Assembly (NCBI GenBank): GCA_951406725.2
Contig: OX597823.1
Location: forward strand, 4,464,001-4,528,000
Direction of reading: 5' to 3'
DNA length: 64,000 nucleotides
Source of the DNA: Octopus vulgaris
Lineage: Eukaryota
The notes under the pieces were generated by a model that saw only the letters and a list, made by a program, of their open reading frames with translations, ran no database searches and had not been told where the DNA came from. Below, in pieces: positions 39,472 to 51,515 of this stretch; positions within the stretch are counted from its first letter, which is position 1, and each line of letters opens with the position of its first letter. The translations under genes and the position numbers were made by a program.

Positions 39472-39857
39472 TAAATTCTGTTTTCAAATGACTTGCTTCA
39501 AGACTTGCATTCGGTACGGTATGTTTATTTTGGTAGTTTTGACTTGAAGAGTCCCTCCTAGCATGCGGCATCTATATAATATATGTATAAATTAAATTAG
39601 AGATAAAACCACTATTAGGCAAATCAAACAGTGAAAAACATAAACCAAAACATAAAAATAAAATAATTAATATAAATCATCATCATCGTTTAACGTCCGT
39701 TTTCCGCGCTAGCACAGGTTAATATATATATATATATATATATAAAACCTTTTGAAAAGGTTCCTACCGATGATGGTTATATTTCCATACTGAAATCTAC
39801 CCAGAAATAATTGTTGATTTTGAAATTAATAATTATTTACCCTTATATTATTCCAGC

Positions 39858-40710
39858 AATATTATCTATTGCGTCTCTTGCTCTCTCTGCCATTCCTTGT
39901 ACATCGGACAAACGGGACACCGCTTGGCTGACCGGTTCGCGGAACACCTTCGTGACATCCGCCTTGCGAACAACACACCGGTCTCACGCCATTTCCGCTC
40001 CACCGGTCACTCCTTGCAACACCTGTCTGTGTTCGGTTTGTCCTTACACAGAGGCCATCCGGATTCCCGTTTGCGCCGTGAACAGGAATTAATCTTCTCT
40101 CTTCGCTCTTATACATCATTTGGTCTCAACTCCCCACCTCCTCATCTAACCTCCCCCCGACCCCTACTTCTCTTCAGTCCTTCATCCTTTCACCCCTACT
40201 CCTCTTCCCTTTTCTCCCTCCCTCCTTCTTCCCTCTTTCTCTCTGCTCCTTCACTCCCCTTCTCTCCCTCATCACCTCTCTACACTACACCATACGACTT
40301 TACACATCACATCATATATACATACACACGTCCAGACCTCTCATACGCACTACATACTCTCTCATACACACACACACACTCTTATGTTGGAGCGAGGTCA
40401 TTTAACCCAATTATCTCCCCTAATTTCGCTCTTGCGTCTCACGTTTGATCTTTGATTTCTGGCCAAAATCAGATCGCCATGTTGATTCGCTAGCCTCTGC
40501 ACGCATTTTTTTCTCTCCTTGTTTCTTTCTGTTTCTTTTCTGTGTATCTTTCTGTTGAAGAGCGTAGGCTCGAAACGCTAAAGACTTGTTTTATTTATAT
40601 TTCCAGAGCGCCATACTAATACAATTGTTTGTTTGTATTCCACCTGCCTTCGTCTTTTGTTTATTTCCGTAAACCTGCCTTCGTCTTTTGTCTATTTTCA
40701 TAAAGCTTCC
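39858..40710 (+). mobile_element. 5'-truncated Penelope-like element: GIY-YIG domain, pyrimidine-rich 3' region and terminal repeat
   Basis: IYCVSCSLCHSLYIGQTGHRLADRFAEHLRDIR..VSRHF..RLRREQELIFSL..GLN; terminal repeat shared with 24990-25120 and 6581-6700. Confidence 0.9.
40547..40584 (+). ncRNA. Minimal hammerhead-like motif in a Penelope-like terminal repeat (variant core)
   Basis: TCTTT CTGTTGA A GAGC-gtag-GCTC GAAAC GCT AAAGA; relatives at 24996-25031 (+), 6581-6617 (+), about 10644-10680 (-), 6915-6950 (-). Confidence 0.5.
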
Positions 40711-40736
40711 TGTTATATATATATACATATATATAG

Positions 40737-40900
40737 GCGCAGGAGTGGCTGTGTGGTAAGTAGCTTGCTAACCAACCACATGGTTCCAGGTTCAGTCCCA
40801 CTGCGTGGCATCTTGGGCAAGTGTCTTCTGCTATAGCCCCGGGCCGATCAATGCCTTGTGAGTGGATTTGGTAGACGGAAACTGAAAGAAGCCTGTCGTA

Positions 40901-40951
<51 letters not shown>

Positions 40952-41160
40952 GTGTTTGTGTGCCTGTGTTTGTCCCCCCTAGCATTGCTTGACAACCGAT
41001 GCTGGTGTGTTTACGTCCCCGTCACTTAGCGGTTCGGCAAAAAGAGACCGATAAAATAAGTACTAGGCTTACAAAGAATAAGTCCCGGGGTCGATTTGCT
41101 CAACTAAAGGCGGTGCTCCAGCATGGCCGCAGTCAAATGACTGAAACAAGTAAAAGAGTA
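40737..41160 (+). mobile_element. tRNA-derived SINE family A with an internal TA/TG microsatellite (representative)
   Basis: A/B-box-like head (GTGGCTGTGTGGTAAG..GGTTCAGTCCC), tail GACTGAAACAAGTAAAAGAG; copies about 1495-1880, 2957-3340, 14860-15262, 22558-22941 (+) and 4860-5212, 32040-32390, 63520-63910 (-). Confidence 0.88.
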
Positions 41161-41828
41161 TAATAGAGTATATATATATATATACACACACACACACATA
41201 GACACAAATGCATTTCAGTGTGTAGGAATGTGTTTATGCAAGCCTCTGTCCGTGTGTGTGTGTGTGTGTAAATAAACATTAAAAAAAAAAACAAAAAAAA
41301 ACGAAGCATGAACAATTTCTTATGAACGAAGCTGACTTTATATACTGCTTTTTAACTGGTTATGAAAGGGTTTACAGCAGCAGTCTAAAAAGGTGGGGGG
41401 CTTTTTTTTCTTCTTTTAATTACAAGACAATTACAATCCACCAAATAGACTGAACATCAGAGAATGTAAAAAAAACATTCAACGTTAATTATTAACCACA
41501 AAAAAAAAATAAAACATTGCAAAATTTGCACTTGAAGCTTTTGTTTGCTTGCTTTGGTATTTCTTTCTTGGTTTTATTCAATGTGTTGTTGTTGCTGTTG
41601 CTGCTGGTGGTGGTCATCTTGTAGCTGTTAGATTTCATAAACGATCCTGTTGTGCCATGGGTGTTGAGGCTCATAACTTTGAGAGGCACAGAAAATGTTT
41701 TTTTTGAAAAAAAAATAAAAAATAAAACAGGAACTGTATTTCCTTTAAATGAAAATGAATAAGCAATTCTTCTTAATCTTGCAGAAGCCTTCTGCCTGCC
41801 TGCTCGCAGACCCCCATCTCTTGGTCAC

Positions 41829-41893
41829 CTACTTCTCTTCCAGTTGCAATGGTCGTGGACCATATAGGAGCACATAGGCACAATGCCAATCAC
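41829..41893 (-). CDS. USP14: USP14 terminal coding exon
   Basis: ctgcag|GT GAT TGG..; (G)DWHCAYVLLYGPRPLQLEEK then TAG; candidate AATAAA on the minus strand at 41573-41578. Confidence 0.97.
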
Positions 41894-42523
41894 CTGCAGC
41901 AGAGAAATTAAAAACAACAATTAAAAACAAAAAAACATTTGATTGAAATATTAATGAATGGTTTTGGTTAGGCATTGGCAGCTAATTAACTGATCCACAC
42001 AAAACAGAAATTACCTGCCAGGGCCGCTGACTGGCTCCCGTGCTCGTAGTACATAAAAAGCACCATTTGACAGTGATCATTACCAGCGTCGCCTTACTGG
42101 CACGTGAAAAACAACATTTGAGCGAGTTGTTGCCAGTGCCACTGGACTGGCTCCTGTGCAGGTGGCACATAAAAACACCATTCGAGCGTGGCCGTTGCCA
42201 CTACTGCCTGACTGGCCCTCGTGCCTGTGGCATGTAAAAGCACCCACTACACTCTCGGAGTGGTTGGTGTTAGGAAGGGCATCCAGCTGTAGAAATTCTG
42301 TCAGATCAGATTGGAGCCCAGTGCAGCCATCTGGCTCGCCAGTCCTCAGTCAAACCATCCAACCCATGCCAGCATGGAAAGTGGATGTTAAACGATGATG
42401 ATGATCCAAAAATCTTCGGCTACACACATGAAATGATACCAGATCCAATCTCTTGTATCCCTTGGAAGTACATGAGAACACAAGACCCACATAACACAAG
42501 AGTTTTAAGACTGCATGATGAAG

Positions 42524-42772
42524 CAGTGGTTCTCAACCATTTTTGGCTTATGGAGCCCTTTTGATTCTTATTTGACTTAGGTGACCCTTAAAGTCAGTTG
42601 ACATTTTAAAAAAAACCCTATTTTTAAAATCAAATATTATGAATTGTATAAAAGAATTGTTAAAATATTTCATATATTGTGGAAGTATAACCAAGATATT
42701 GCAGTGGTATTTTAAAAGCAAAATCTTATAGGGACCTCCAAGGGCCATAAGGACCCTGGCTGAGAACCAGGG
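42524..42772. mobile_element. hAT/Charlie-like MITE
   Basis: CAGTGGTTCTCAACC..GGcTGAGAACCA termini; relatives at about 31110-31333, 56973-57330, 61712-61931. Confidence 0.65.
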
Positions 42773-43365
42773 TGATAAATTATGCCCCAGGTTAGCTCAA
42801 TAATAGCTTCTAAGTTTAAATAAGCACAGGTGTAGCTGTGTAGTTAAGAAGCTTGCTTCCAAATCATATGGTTTTGGGTTCAATCTCATTGTGTGGCACC
42901 TTAGGCAGGTGGTGTCTACTACAGCTCCAGCCCAACCAAAGCCTTGTGGGTGAATTTGGTAGATGAATTCTGAAAAGAAGGCCATTGCATGTGTGTGTAT
43001 TCCATTAACCCACAGTTAGGTGAACTAAGATGATGTCATCTTACCTTTGTTATCCATTTCTCTCATGGTTGAGGGCACCAACCCCGGTCCCACATTGAGG
43101 ATTATTCACTTCAGAAATCAATTACTGTTGCTGATTTCTTGTCTTTATTTTAGTCATTGGTGGTTAATTCTCTCTCTCCCTTATCCTTACAACCAGACCC
43201 ACCCCCCATGTTCAAGAATCCCACCCCATCATTGACCATAGATTTGTCCATCAGGAGAGTGTACTGAGACAGACGCCTGATGGAATATAATGTACTTCAC
43301 AGCTAAAGGTGTATCCCACTTTATTCGGGGTCGAGAGTGAATATGCAATAATATTTGTTACGTAC

Positions 43366-43440
43366 CACCACCAGATAATTTCAAAATGTCTTCAGATAAA
43401 ATTGGAGATACTTTGTCATCATCAAACATAATCCATTCAT
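43366..43440 (-). CDS. USP14: USP14 coding exon with the catalytic Asp
   Basis: 75 nt; (D)EWIMFDDDKVSPILSEDILKLSGG. Confidence 0.97.
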
Positions 43441-45219
43441 CTAAGAAAACAGATCAAGAATTAATAACGAACATTTAAAAAACATTTTTTAAATCAGGTT
43501 TTTAAAGTGATATTCTTTCAGATATTATAAACTAATTATAGACACCCATTATAGACAGCAATAACTAATTATAGACACCCATTGTTATACACAGCAATAA
43601 CTATAAACATCAAATGTTAAAGAGTAAATAGATCTTGCCAAACTGCTTCGAATCATTATTTAGCTTTTATTATTATCAAATATTAAGAAATTTAACAAAA
43701 CTATTTTGCATTGAAACATTACAATTCAAACTAAACAATTCTTACAAAGATTTCCTTTTACAAATGTTTTCTAGATAGCTATGTAATATTTCTTGCCAGT
43801 GGCATGTAAAAAGCACAATTCAAGCGTGGTTGTTGCCAGTGCCGCCTGACTGGCTCTTGTGCTGGTGGCACATAAAAAGTACCATTTGAGCATTGTTGTT
43901 GCCAGTGTTGCCTGAGTGGCACATAAAAAGCACCATTCAAGTGTAGTCGATGCTAGTACCACATAACTGGCCCTCATAGCACATAAAAAGCACCCACTAC
44001 ACTCTCGGAGTGGTTGGCATTAGAAAGGGCATCCAGCTGTAGAAACTCTGCCAGATCAAGATTGGAGCCTGATGTAGCCTTCTGGCTTGCCAGCCCTCAG
44101 TCAAACCGTCCAACCCATGCCAGCATGGAAAGCAGACGTTAAACGATGATAATAATGAAACAAGTTCATCATTAAAGGATTTTTAGTGATTTATCATGCA
44201 GTGGCTTTGTCTTGAATCAAAAGCAGCAACAGACTCAGTTCCTGTGTAGCTTGCTCACCATTTCTTCTACAGCACATAGTACTATTGTTTTGGTATGAGC
44301 CAATGTGGAAGCCTATATGGGGTTGATGAAACTCTTAGGAATAGCAGCCAACTTTTCTCACATCACCTCTGTATCCTCTTAAAAATTAGACACATTGGAT
44401 AATGTAACTCTAGATATACTATGCTTGAAAAAGAAAGATGAGGTCTTTCAGGTAGAGCCAGTTAATGACGATCAATAATCACCAAATGATAAAAAAAGAG
44501 GTAAAAAAAAAGCCATTCAACATTGTCATCTGCCAAGCAGTTCTCTACTACTACTGCTACTACTACAAAGTTACCTTTTCTGTGGTCTCTATTTAGCAGT
44601 AATAATTTAGAGTGAGCCAAGAAAAGTCCAACATCCCGTTTGGTGACAGACTAAAACTGACCAATCAACTACAAGACAAAATAAACTGTTGGCTCATTGA
44701 TTCTGACGGCCTTCAATAATATTGCTTTTATAGGTTGGCAAGTCTTACCAGGATTCACTGTACTTTTCATCACTCTGAGACTGATAGGGCAAGTACCAGT
44801 AATATGATAGGGTTTAAGTTAATTGATTATACCTTACTTTGTTCAAAAATTAGATCTGTTCCTTTGGTAACCAAAATAATTCACTCCAAAAACCCCAAAC
44901 GAGGAAACGCAAATCAACAAGACAAGTATGTAATAATCCATATACATATCATTTATCAGGTAACCTTGTTGGCTCCACTGGTGGTTTATACATCCTGACA
45001 ATAGCTTTTGATTATCTTTGCCCAGTTCATGGCAGCAGAGGTAACCTAAGGGTCACTAATCCTTTCAGGAGAGCAGCAACATAAAAAACTCAACCAGCTG
45101 AGATGCTCAGTGTTTGAGAGGCCAACAATTTCGGTTGTGTGAGGAGACTGACTGGAAATTCTGAAAGAAGATTAAGTCAACTGAATGGATAGCAATTGAA
45201 AAAATGCCAAAAAACTCAC

Positions 45220-45327
45220 CACCCTTCTTCCGAATCCAAGCTACATAATGTCCACTGGAACTTGAACGACCTTTGTGTGTTAGAACAGCCTTCAGTTCAT
45301 AGAAGCCACTGTTGTTAGAACCTTCAT
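45220..45327 (-). CDS. USP14: USP14 coding exon with the catalytic His box
   Basis: 108 nt; (D)EGSNNSGFYELKAVLTHKGRSSSSGHYVAWIRKKG. Confidence 0.98.
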
Positions 45328-45887
45328 CTGAAACAGAACATTTTAAAGTCTTCATTTCTTGCAGAGATCTAGAGACGTCAGAGTTAGAGGAGAGGGAAAC
45401 AGGATGTGGAGACATTCATTCATTCTGCACATCAGTTTGATTTAACATTGGATGAGATTAACAATTTGGTTACACCTTTATCATCACCAGTCTAAAGTCT
45501 ACTATTCCATGCTTGTACCTGTCAAATGAGAGACTACAGTGAAGCAGAATGTTCTGCATCCGTTTGCCCTCCCTCATGTCAGCCCTCATCTGTTTCCAAG
45601 CAGCAGAATAATCCCTCAGTCTTTGAAAACAACAAACAGCCCAGACACGTTTTTACAAAGGACTGCAAACAAATAATGCAACATGTCAAGAAAACCTAGA
45701 CATGCTTTTCTGGTGGACAAACACCACCATCAGCATAGGTGAGGTGAAATACAAATCACTCTCTCACTCACACACGTACACACGCATGTTGGGCTTCTTT
45801 CAGATTCTGTCTACAGGATATTGGTCGAACTGTAGCTAGTGTCAAGGATTCAAGGAACAGAAATAAGAAATTACAGTAAGAACTAAA

Positions 45888-46309
45888 GGATCTTTACCTT
45901 TTGACCGACAGATTTAAAAAATAATTTTTTGACACACAAAATAAACAAAATAAACTGAAACGCTAAAAGCAAATGAAAATAATTTAACAAAGAAAATAAA
46001 TTAGACATTGGTGTATCTCTAACGAAATATGTCAGAAATAACAGTGACAAACGAAATATACACCGCCAGAACTTCTTGTTGACAAACAACAGCAGTAATT
46101 GTATTCACCTCAATAGACGTCATTGGTTGGTTGAAATTACCGAAATACGATAACTTTAACAACAAATAACTTCCATATTACAGATTTTTCTCAACAATGC
46201 CAAGAGTAAACAATGTTTTATGTGACACATTCTACCAATATACGAAGTTTGAAAGTGTTTAGTTACAAAAATTAAATTTTTAAATCTGTAGGTCAAAAGG
46301 TAAAGATCC
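45888..46309. mobile_element. MITE with TIRs of about 33 bp and an 8-bp TSD
   Basis: TIR GGATCTTTACCTTTTGACC.ACAGATTTAAAAA; TSD GAACTAAA at 45880-45887 and 46310-46317. Confidence 0.88.
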
Positions 46310-46393
46310 GAACTAAAATGAAGAATTCACAAAATATTCGTTTATATAAAAAAAAAAAAAAAGCCTAAATGCATTTACATTAGTGTCACTTAC

Positions 46394-46469
46394 CTCCAGA
46401 GAAAGAATATGCTTCTGTTTTTAACTTCCTTGCTTCAAGAGCTTTAGCATATTCTTTGTCATATTTCGC
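46394..46469 (-). CDS. USP14: USP14 coding exon
   Basis: 76 nt, ttcag|..|gtaagt; AKYDKEYAKALEARKLKTEAYSFSG; phase 0 in, phase 1 out, fits neighbours. Confidence 0.9.
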
Positions 46470-46819
46470 CTGAAAGAATCACATGGAAAAACAACATCCT
46501 AAGAGATGAGACGCAACAAATATGCTGTAATGACATCGTTTTCAAATTAACGAAGCCACAAGATGAACCGATAGATAAACTAATCTAAAGCAATGGAGTC
46601 TGCTTATTTATCTAATTATAAGAAAACTAAATGATGAGCAATTAAAATGACCAAAGAAAATATATGCTATACTTTGAATTATAAGAACAAAATTGAAATT
46701 TCAAAGGTGTAACATTTTTTAATATCTCAAAATCAGTAAAAACAAGCAACATCTCCCTCAAAATAATATGGCAATCTTTTCTTATGTTATGACATCAGCA
46801 CTAAGCAAATTACAGTAAG

Positions 46820-46945
46820 TACTCATTAAATTATATTAGATATTCATTAAATATCCATTAAATTATATCACATATCCTTTAAATTATATTAAATATCCGT
46901 TAAGTTATACTAAACGTTCATTAAATTCTATTAAATATTCATTCA
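46820..46945. repeat. Degenerate AT-rich minisatellite, unit about 21 bp
   Basis: Recurring TATCCATTAAATTATATTAAA-like unit. Confidence 0.7.
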
Positions 46946-47103
46946 ATAAAATGTTTTCTGTGTTCAGATACAATATATACAAAATTTATATAAATCTCAT
47001 AAAAATGAATTTTCCCAAGATATTTTGCCTGAGAAAAAGAAAATTATAATCCATTTAGACTGAATTAAGCTAAAGAGTAGAAACTGATAAAACTGAATCT
47101 AAC

Positions 47104-47229
47104 CTTGCTCTGTTCTTCTGCTTTTCTATCTTCCATTATTTTATACTTATCACGGGTTGGAACCAATTTTTTCTGTAATTCTTCAGTACATAAATCATAG
47201 ACATCAAGGTTTAACGGGAATTTGACATC
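47104..47229 (-). CDS. USP14: USP14 coding exon
   Basis: 126 nt; DVKFPLNLDVYDLCTEELQKKLVPTRDKYKIMEDRKAEEQSK. Confidence 0.97.
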
Positions 47230-47589
47230 CTGAAATTTTGAGGAAGAATTAAAACTGAACCAAACAATAAATAAAATGCAGAAAGAATGAAAATACACAA
47301 AAATATATTTACTGAGAAATTAAATCCAAGACAGATTATAGAAAAAGAAAAAAAAAAGAAGAAGAGGTTATTCAGTAAGACCATCAACATCTTTTTAACA
47401 ATATTCCCTCTTCCTTGCTTGCAAGAGTCAGATGGAATTTGTTGTTGCAGATTTTTCTTACAGCTGGATGCTCTTCCTGTTGCCAACCCTCATCCGTTTC
47501 CAAGCAAGGTGATACTTCCCCCATGGCCAGACATGTTTTCATGAAAGATTGAAAGCAGCACACTACTTCCTTGCACCATTCGCCAGGAT

Positions 47590-47770
47590 CAAGGCATCAC
47601 CAACAGATGGTGGGTGCAGTGATGCATTGTCACAGTGCACATCCCCATACTACCGCTAATTCCTTGTCTTGATTTTGTGGGATAATTGTAAAGGAGTGAT
47701 ACCTTCACAGTATGGGGATATGCACTGTAACAGTGCATTGCTGCACCCATCACTTGGTGGTGATTCCCTA
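47590..47770. mobile_element. Small MITE-like inverted repeat
   Basis: Imperfect arms of about 55 bp (GGTGCAG..CATCCCCATAC / GTATGGGGAT..CTGCACC). Confidence 0.55.
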
Positions 47771-50209
47771 CTCCTGGCAAATAGTTCAAGGAAGTAGTGC
47801 CACACAAATTGACACACAAGTCAGGCTTCTTTCAGTTTCCATCTGCAAAATCCACTCACAAGATTTTAGTCAACCTGGTGCTAGAGAAGAAATCTGCCCA
47901 ATAGCACCTTAGGCAGGTGTCTTCTATAGCCCCAGGTGGCTGACAAAGCAAACTTCCTATCACACAGCCACACCTGCAACTAAAAGTCTGATGCTTCACG
48001 TAATTTAGCAGTTCAGCAAAAAAGACCAATAGAATAAGTACTAGGCTTACAAAGGATAAGTCTTGGGGTCGATTTGTTCGACTAAAGGTGGTGCTCCAGC
48101 AAGGCCACAGTCAAATGACTGAAACAAGTAAAAGACTATGCTCAACCAACTGAGCTATGCAGGCAGGCCACAACAAAGAAACTAGAATTAACCTGTCAGG
48201 GAATACATTAGAATATTGAGCCCTGGACAATTGTCCCTTGACCTTTGGATTATGACTTGAAAGCATTATTTAATAATTACACATGGAAGAATGAACAAGA
48301 AATAATTTCCATCAAAAGTCATAATTTGAAAGCAAAAAAATTCTTAGCATTATTACAGAGAAAGGACGAAGCAGTGCCAATGGCATAAGCAAGAACTCTG
48401 AGAGAATGACAGATTAATGTGATTGGTGCTGCAGATGTAGGACTTGCAAAGAACGTTAAAGCAAATGGTTGCAGGCGGCAAGCCTCGGCTGGTGAAGTTG
48501 ATAAGATAGCAGTTTACAGCTTGAAGGTCAGGGTTTCAAATTTTATTGTTGGCAATGTGCTGTGTTGATGCAAAGATAATCGACATCTGATGATGCTGTC
48601 CAACTAGATGTCAATAGCTATGTTAGTGTTAATGTATTTAATGAAAGGAGGATCAAAAAGCTAATTAGAAATAATTATGTACTGAAGACAACATTAGTTC
48701 GATGACTAATGATATTTTCATCATTTTGGAAAGTAGGGGAGACAACTGCACACGTTTCTGTCTTATTAGAATCTCCTCAACAAATCATACAGCTCACCAT
48801 ACTAAGTAAATGTAGCAATGGCTGTGTGGGCCATGTAGTTCAAACGTGGTTTCAGGTTCAATCCCATTGTGCAGCACCTTGACTAAGAGTCATCTAATAT
48901 AACTCCAGGCCAACCAAAGACTTGTGAGTGGATTGGGTTAGACCCATTAGTTCTACAGAGAGATCCAGGTTTTATTGCAGTCTTTGGAATGCTAAGTCTG
49001 GAAATGACATTTTACTGAGAGAAAGAATTTGATAAAGAATAGAAAGATAAGCTCAACCCCTTTTGCTACTATATTCCTCTTGAAATAAACCCTCTTTGTT
49101 CAAAAAAATTTTGAAGCTGATGAATTTAGTAAAATAACCTTACCATTCTTTGTGCTTGGAACACAACTTGGCATGAAATTTTGATGGAAGGTTCTTCAGA
49201 TCACCATAAAACTTAATACAAAAATTTGCAACAGAGAAGCAGGGGTGGTCTTAGATGGATTGGTATCAAAAGGGTTAAGAGTAGCGTTTAGACACTAGAG
49301 AAATATATATAGTGTACAAATACCTCAAATTCTATCAAACAGTGAGAAGATAATAACTTAGTGGAAACAGCAATTAAAATTCCAACTAACGAGGACAGTG
49401 AATGTTCTCAGATGATGGCCTTCGTTATAGCAAATATCTTGATTATGAGCTTCAAATGATGATGATACACTAGTTGAAGAGGTAAGCAAATGTCAATCAA
49501 ATATATATATATCGATGCCAGTGCCTGCTGACTGGCTCCCATGCCGGTGGCATGTAAAAAGCACCCACTACACTTATGGAGTGGTTGGCGTTAGGAAGGG
49601 CATCCTGCTGTAGAAACATTGCCAGATCAGATTGGAGCCTGGTGAGGCCTCCTAGCTTGCCAGTCCTCAGTCAAACCGTCCAACCCATGACAGCATTGAA
49701 AACGGACGATGATGATATATAAGAATTAAAAGGAAGTAGGCAGAGCAACAAGCTTGACCACTGGAGTCATCGGTACCTTACAAATTGTTCCTGCCTTGTT
49801 AAACAGCCGTCCTTCTTTTGATCCTTTACTTCATTAGTCAATTAGTAAGTTATCAAAGAAGTCAAGTCATTAACTTTTACTAATCAGAGACATCTATTAA
49901 TGAATGACTAGCTGTATTGACTTCTAAATAAAATCAGTGAGAGCCAACTTCCATTTGGAGTCACAAACACAAAAAGTTGATTTCAACATTGCAAGCTAAG
50001 AAACACTCCTCAGTTTCAGAGGGTTGCCACTACTTCCATTAATGGTACTCCGCATGGTACCCATTTACAGCTAGGTGGACTGGAACAATTTGAAAGTATC
50101 ACAACCACAGAACCAATAAGATACAAACTGCTGCCTATATCTCAGATGTTGTTTATGAACGCAGTTACCTTTGACCTCATTTTAACAAATAGCAAAGACA
50201 AAGCGTTAC

Positions 50210-50302
50210 CTTGAGAATTTTTGCATTGATTGATTCCTTTTCTTTGTAGAAAAACCTAACAAATTGGATTGATAAATAGCCAGGTAGTCGACTGATTTTA
50301 CT
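50210..50302 (-). CDS. USP14: USP14 coding exon
   Basis: 93 nt; SKISRLPGYLSIQFVRFFYKEKESINAKILK, characteristic of USP14. Confidence 0.97.
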
Positions 50303-50583
50303 CTAGAAATTGAGAAAAAACAAAAAAAAAAGAGGGAAAAAAGTTTAAATTAATTAGATACACATAAAAAGAGAAATATACAAGTAAACATGGTTGAAAC
50401 TAAAATTGTAAATTTAATGCAAGTGTCTGTGTAGTTGAGAGATTTACTTCCCAACCACATTGTCTCAGGTTCAATCTCAGTGCATGACTTTTTCAGGTAG
50501 TGTCTTCTATTATAGCCCCAGGCCTTGTGAATGTAGTGGGTAAATAGAAATTGAAAGAATCCATCATATGTCTGTGTGCATGC

Positions 50584-50625
<42 letters not shown>

Positions 50626-51449
50626 GAGTCCAGTGATGGCTTAATTAGCCAAAATTTTGAAGTTACTGTCAATACAATTCTTTTTGAAGAATAATAAATT
50701 TGGACTTTACCAAATATATTGAGTAATACTTCAATTTATTGTACAAGTGTTTTTATTTTATCGTAGAATCAAACAATGTGTGTGTAGGTATGCATAGGCA
50801 AAAGTGTGCATGTGTGTGTGTGTATATACACACACATATACATACACATGTATATGAAGCATGATAGAGGAGATACATGGCTACTTTGCATTCTAGGGGC
50901 AGTGGGGGTAGGAGCAGCTGGAATGAGAGATAAAGATGGTGGTGACAAGATGTTAGGGCATACCCTCAAGTTTCAAGGTGAACAGTAAACGGAATAGCAA
51001 TCACAGATTAGGAAGGGTATGTGGGTAAGATGGGTGTTCAGAAGGGAGGTAGGGAAAGCTTGACAGGGACAGATTTGGTACACAGGAAAGGCCAGGGGTG
51101 TATAGGGAACCTAACACTTTTAGAATCTCGAGTGTGTATGCATGGATGTTTGCACTGATTTCTAGGAAACTCCTGACTTACAACCAAATAAACCCATCAT
51201 TTTCTGTAGTTAACTGACATGTATAATCTGCTTTTATTTCTAATGCAGCAATGCTTTCCTTTAACTGGGAAAAAACTCCTCAAAAACATTAACTTGATAG
51301 TACCACCCAACCTAAACTAACATTGAATAGTAAGCATAATGACCTCACTGAAAAAATATACAAGCAAGATTAAAATTCAGTCCATTGCTGGTATTGAACC
51401 CTCTTCTTAGCTTCAAATAAACTCACTGAAAAAGACAGAATGTACTCAC

Positions 51450-51515
51450 TGATTTGGTGTATTGTGCATCTCTGCCTAAAGATGGTGAAAATTTTGTGAT
51501 GGTTTCTTCAAGACC
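51450..51515 (-). CDS. USP14: USP14 coding exon
   Basis: 66 nt, tacag|..|gtgagt; GLEETITKFSPSLGRDAQYTKS. Confidence 0.95.

Noticed and set aside
40737-40810. tRNA gene
   Set aside because: A/B-box-like head runs into a multi-copy SINE body; no complete cloverleaf
43790-44000. Regularly spaced GTGGCACATAAAAAGCACC repeats with variable spacers
   Set aside because: The spacers are related to one another; this is the internal tandem structure of the RTE 3' UTR seen in many copies
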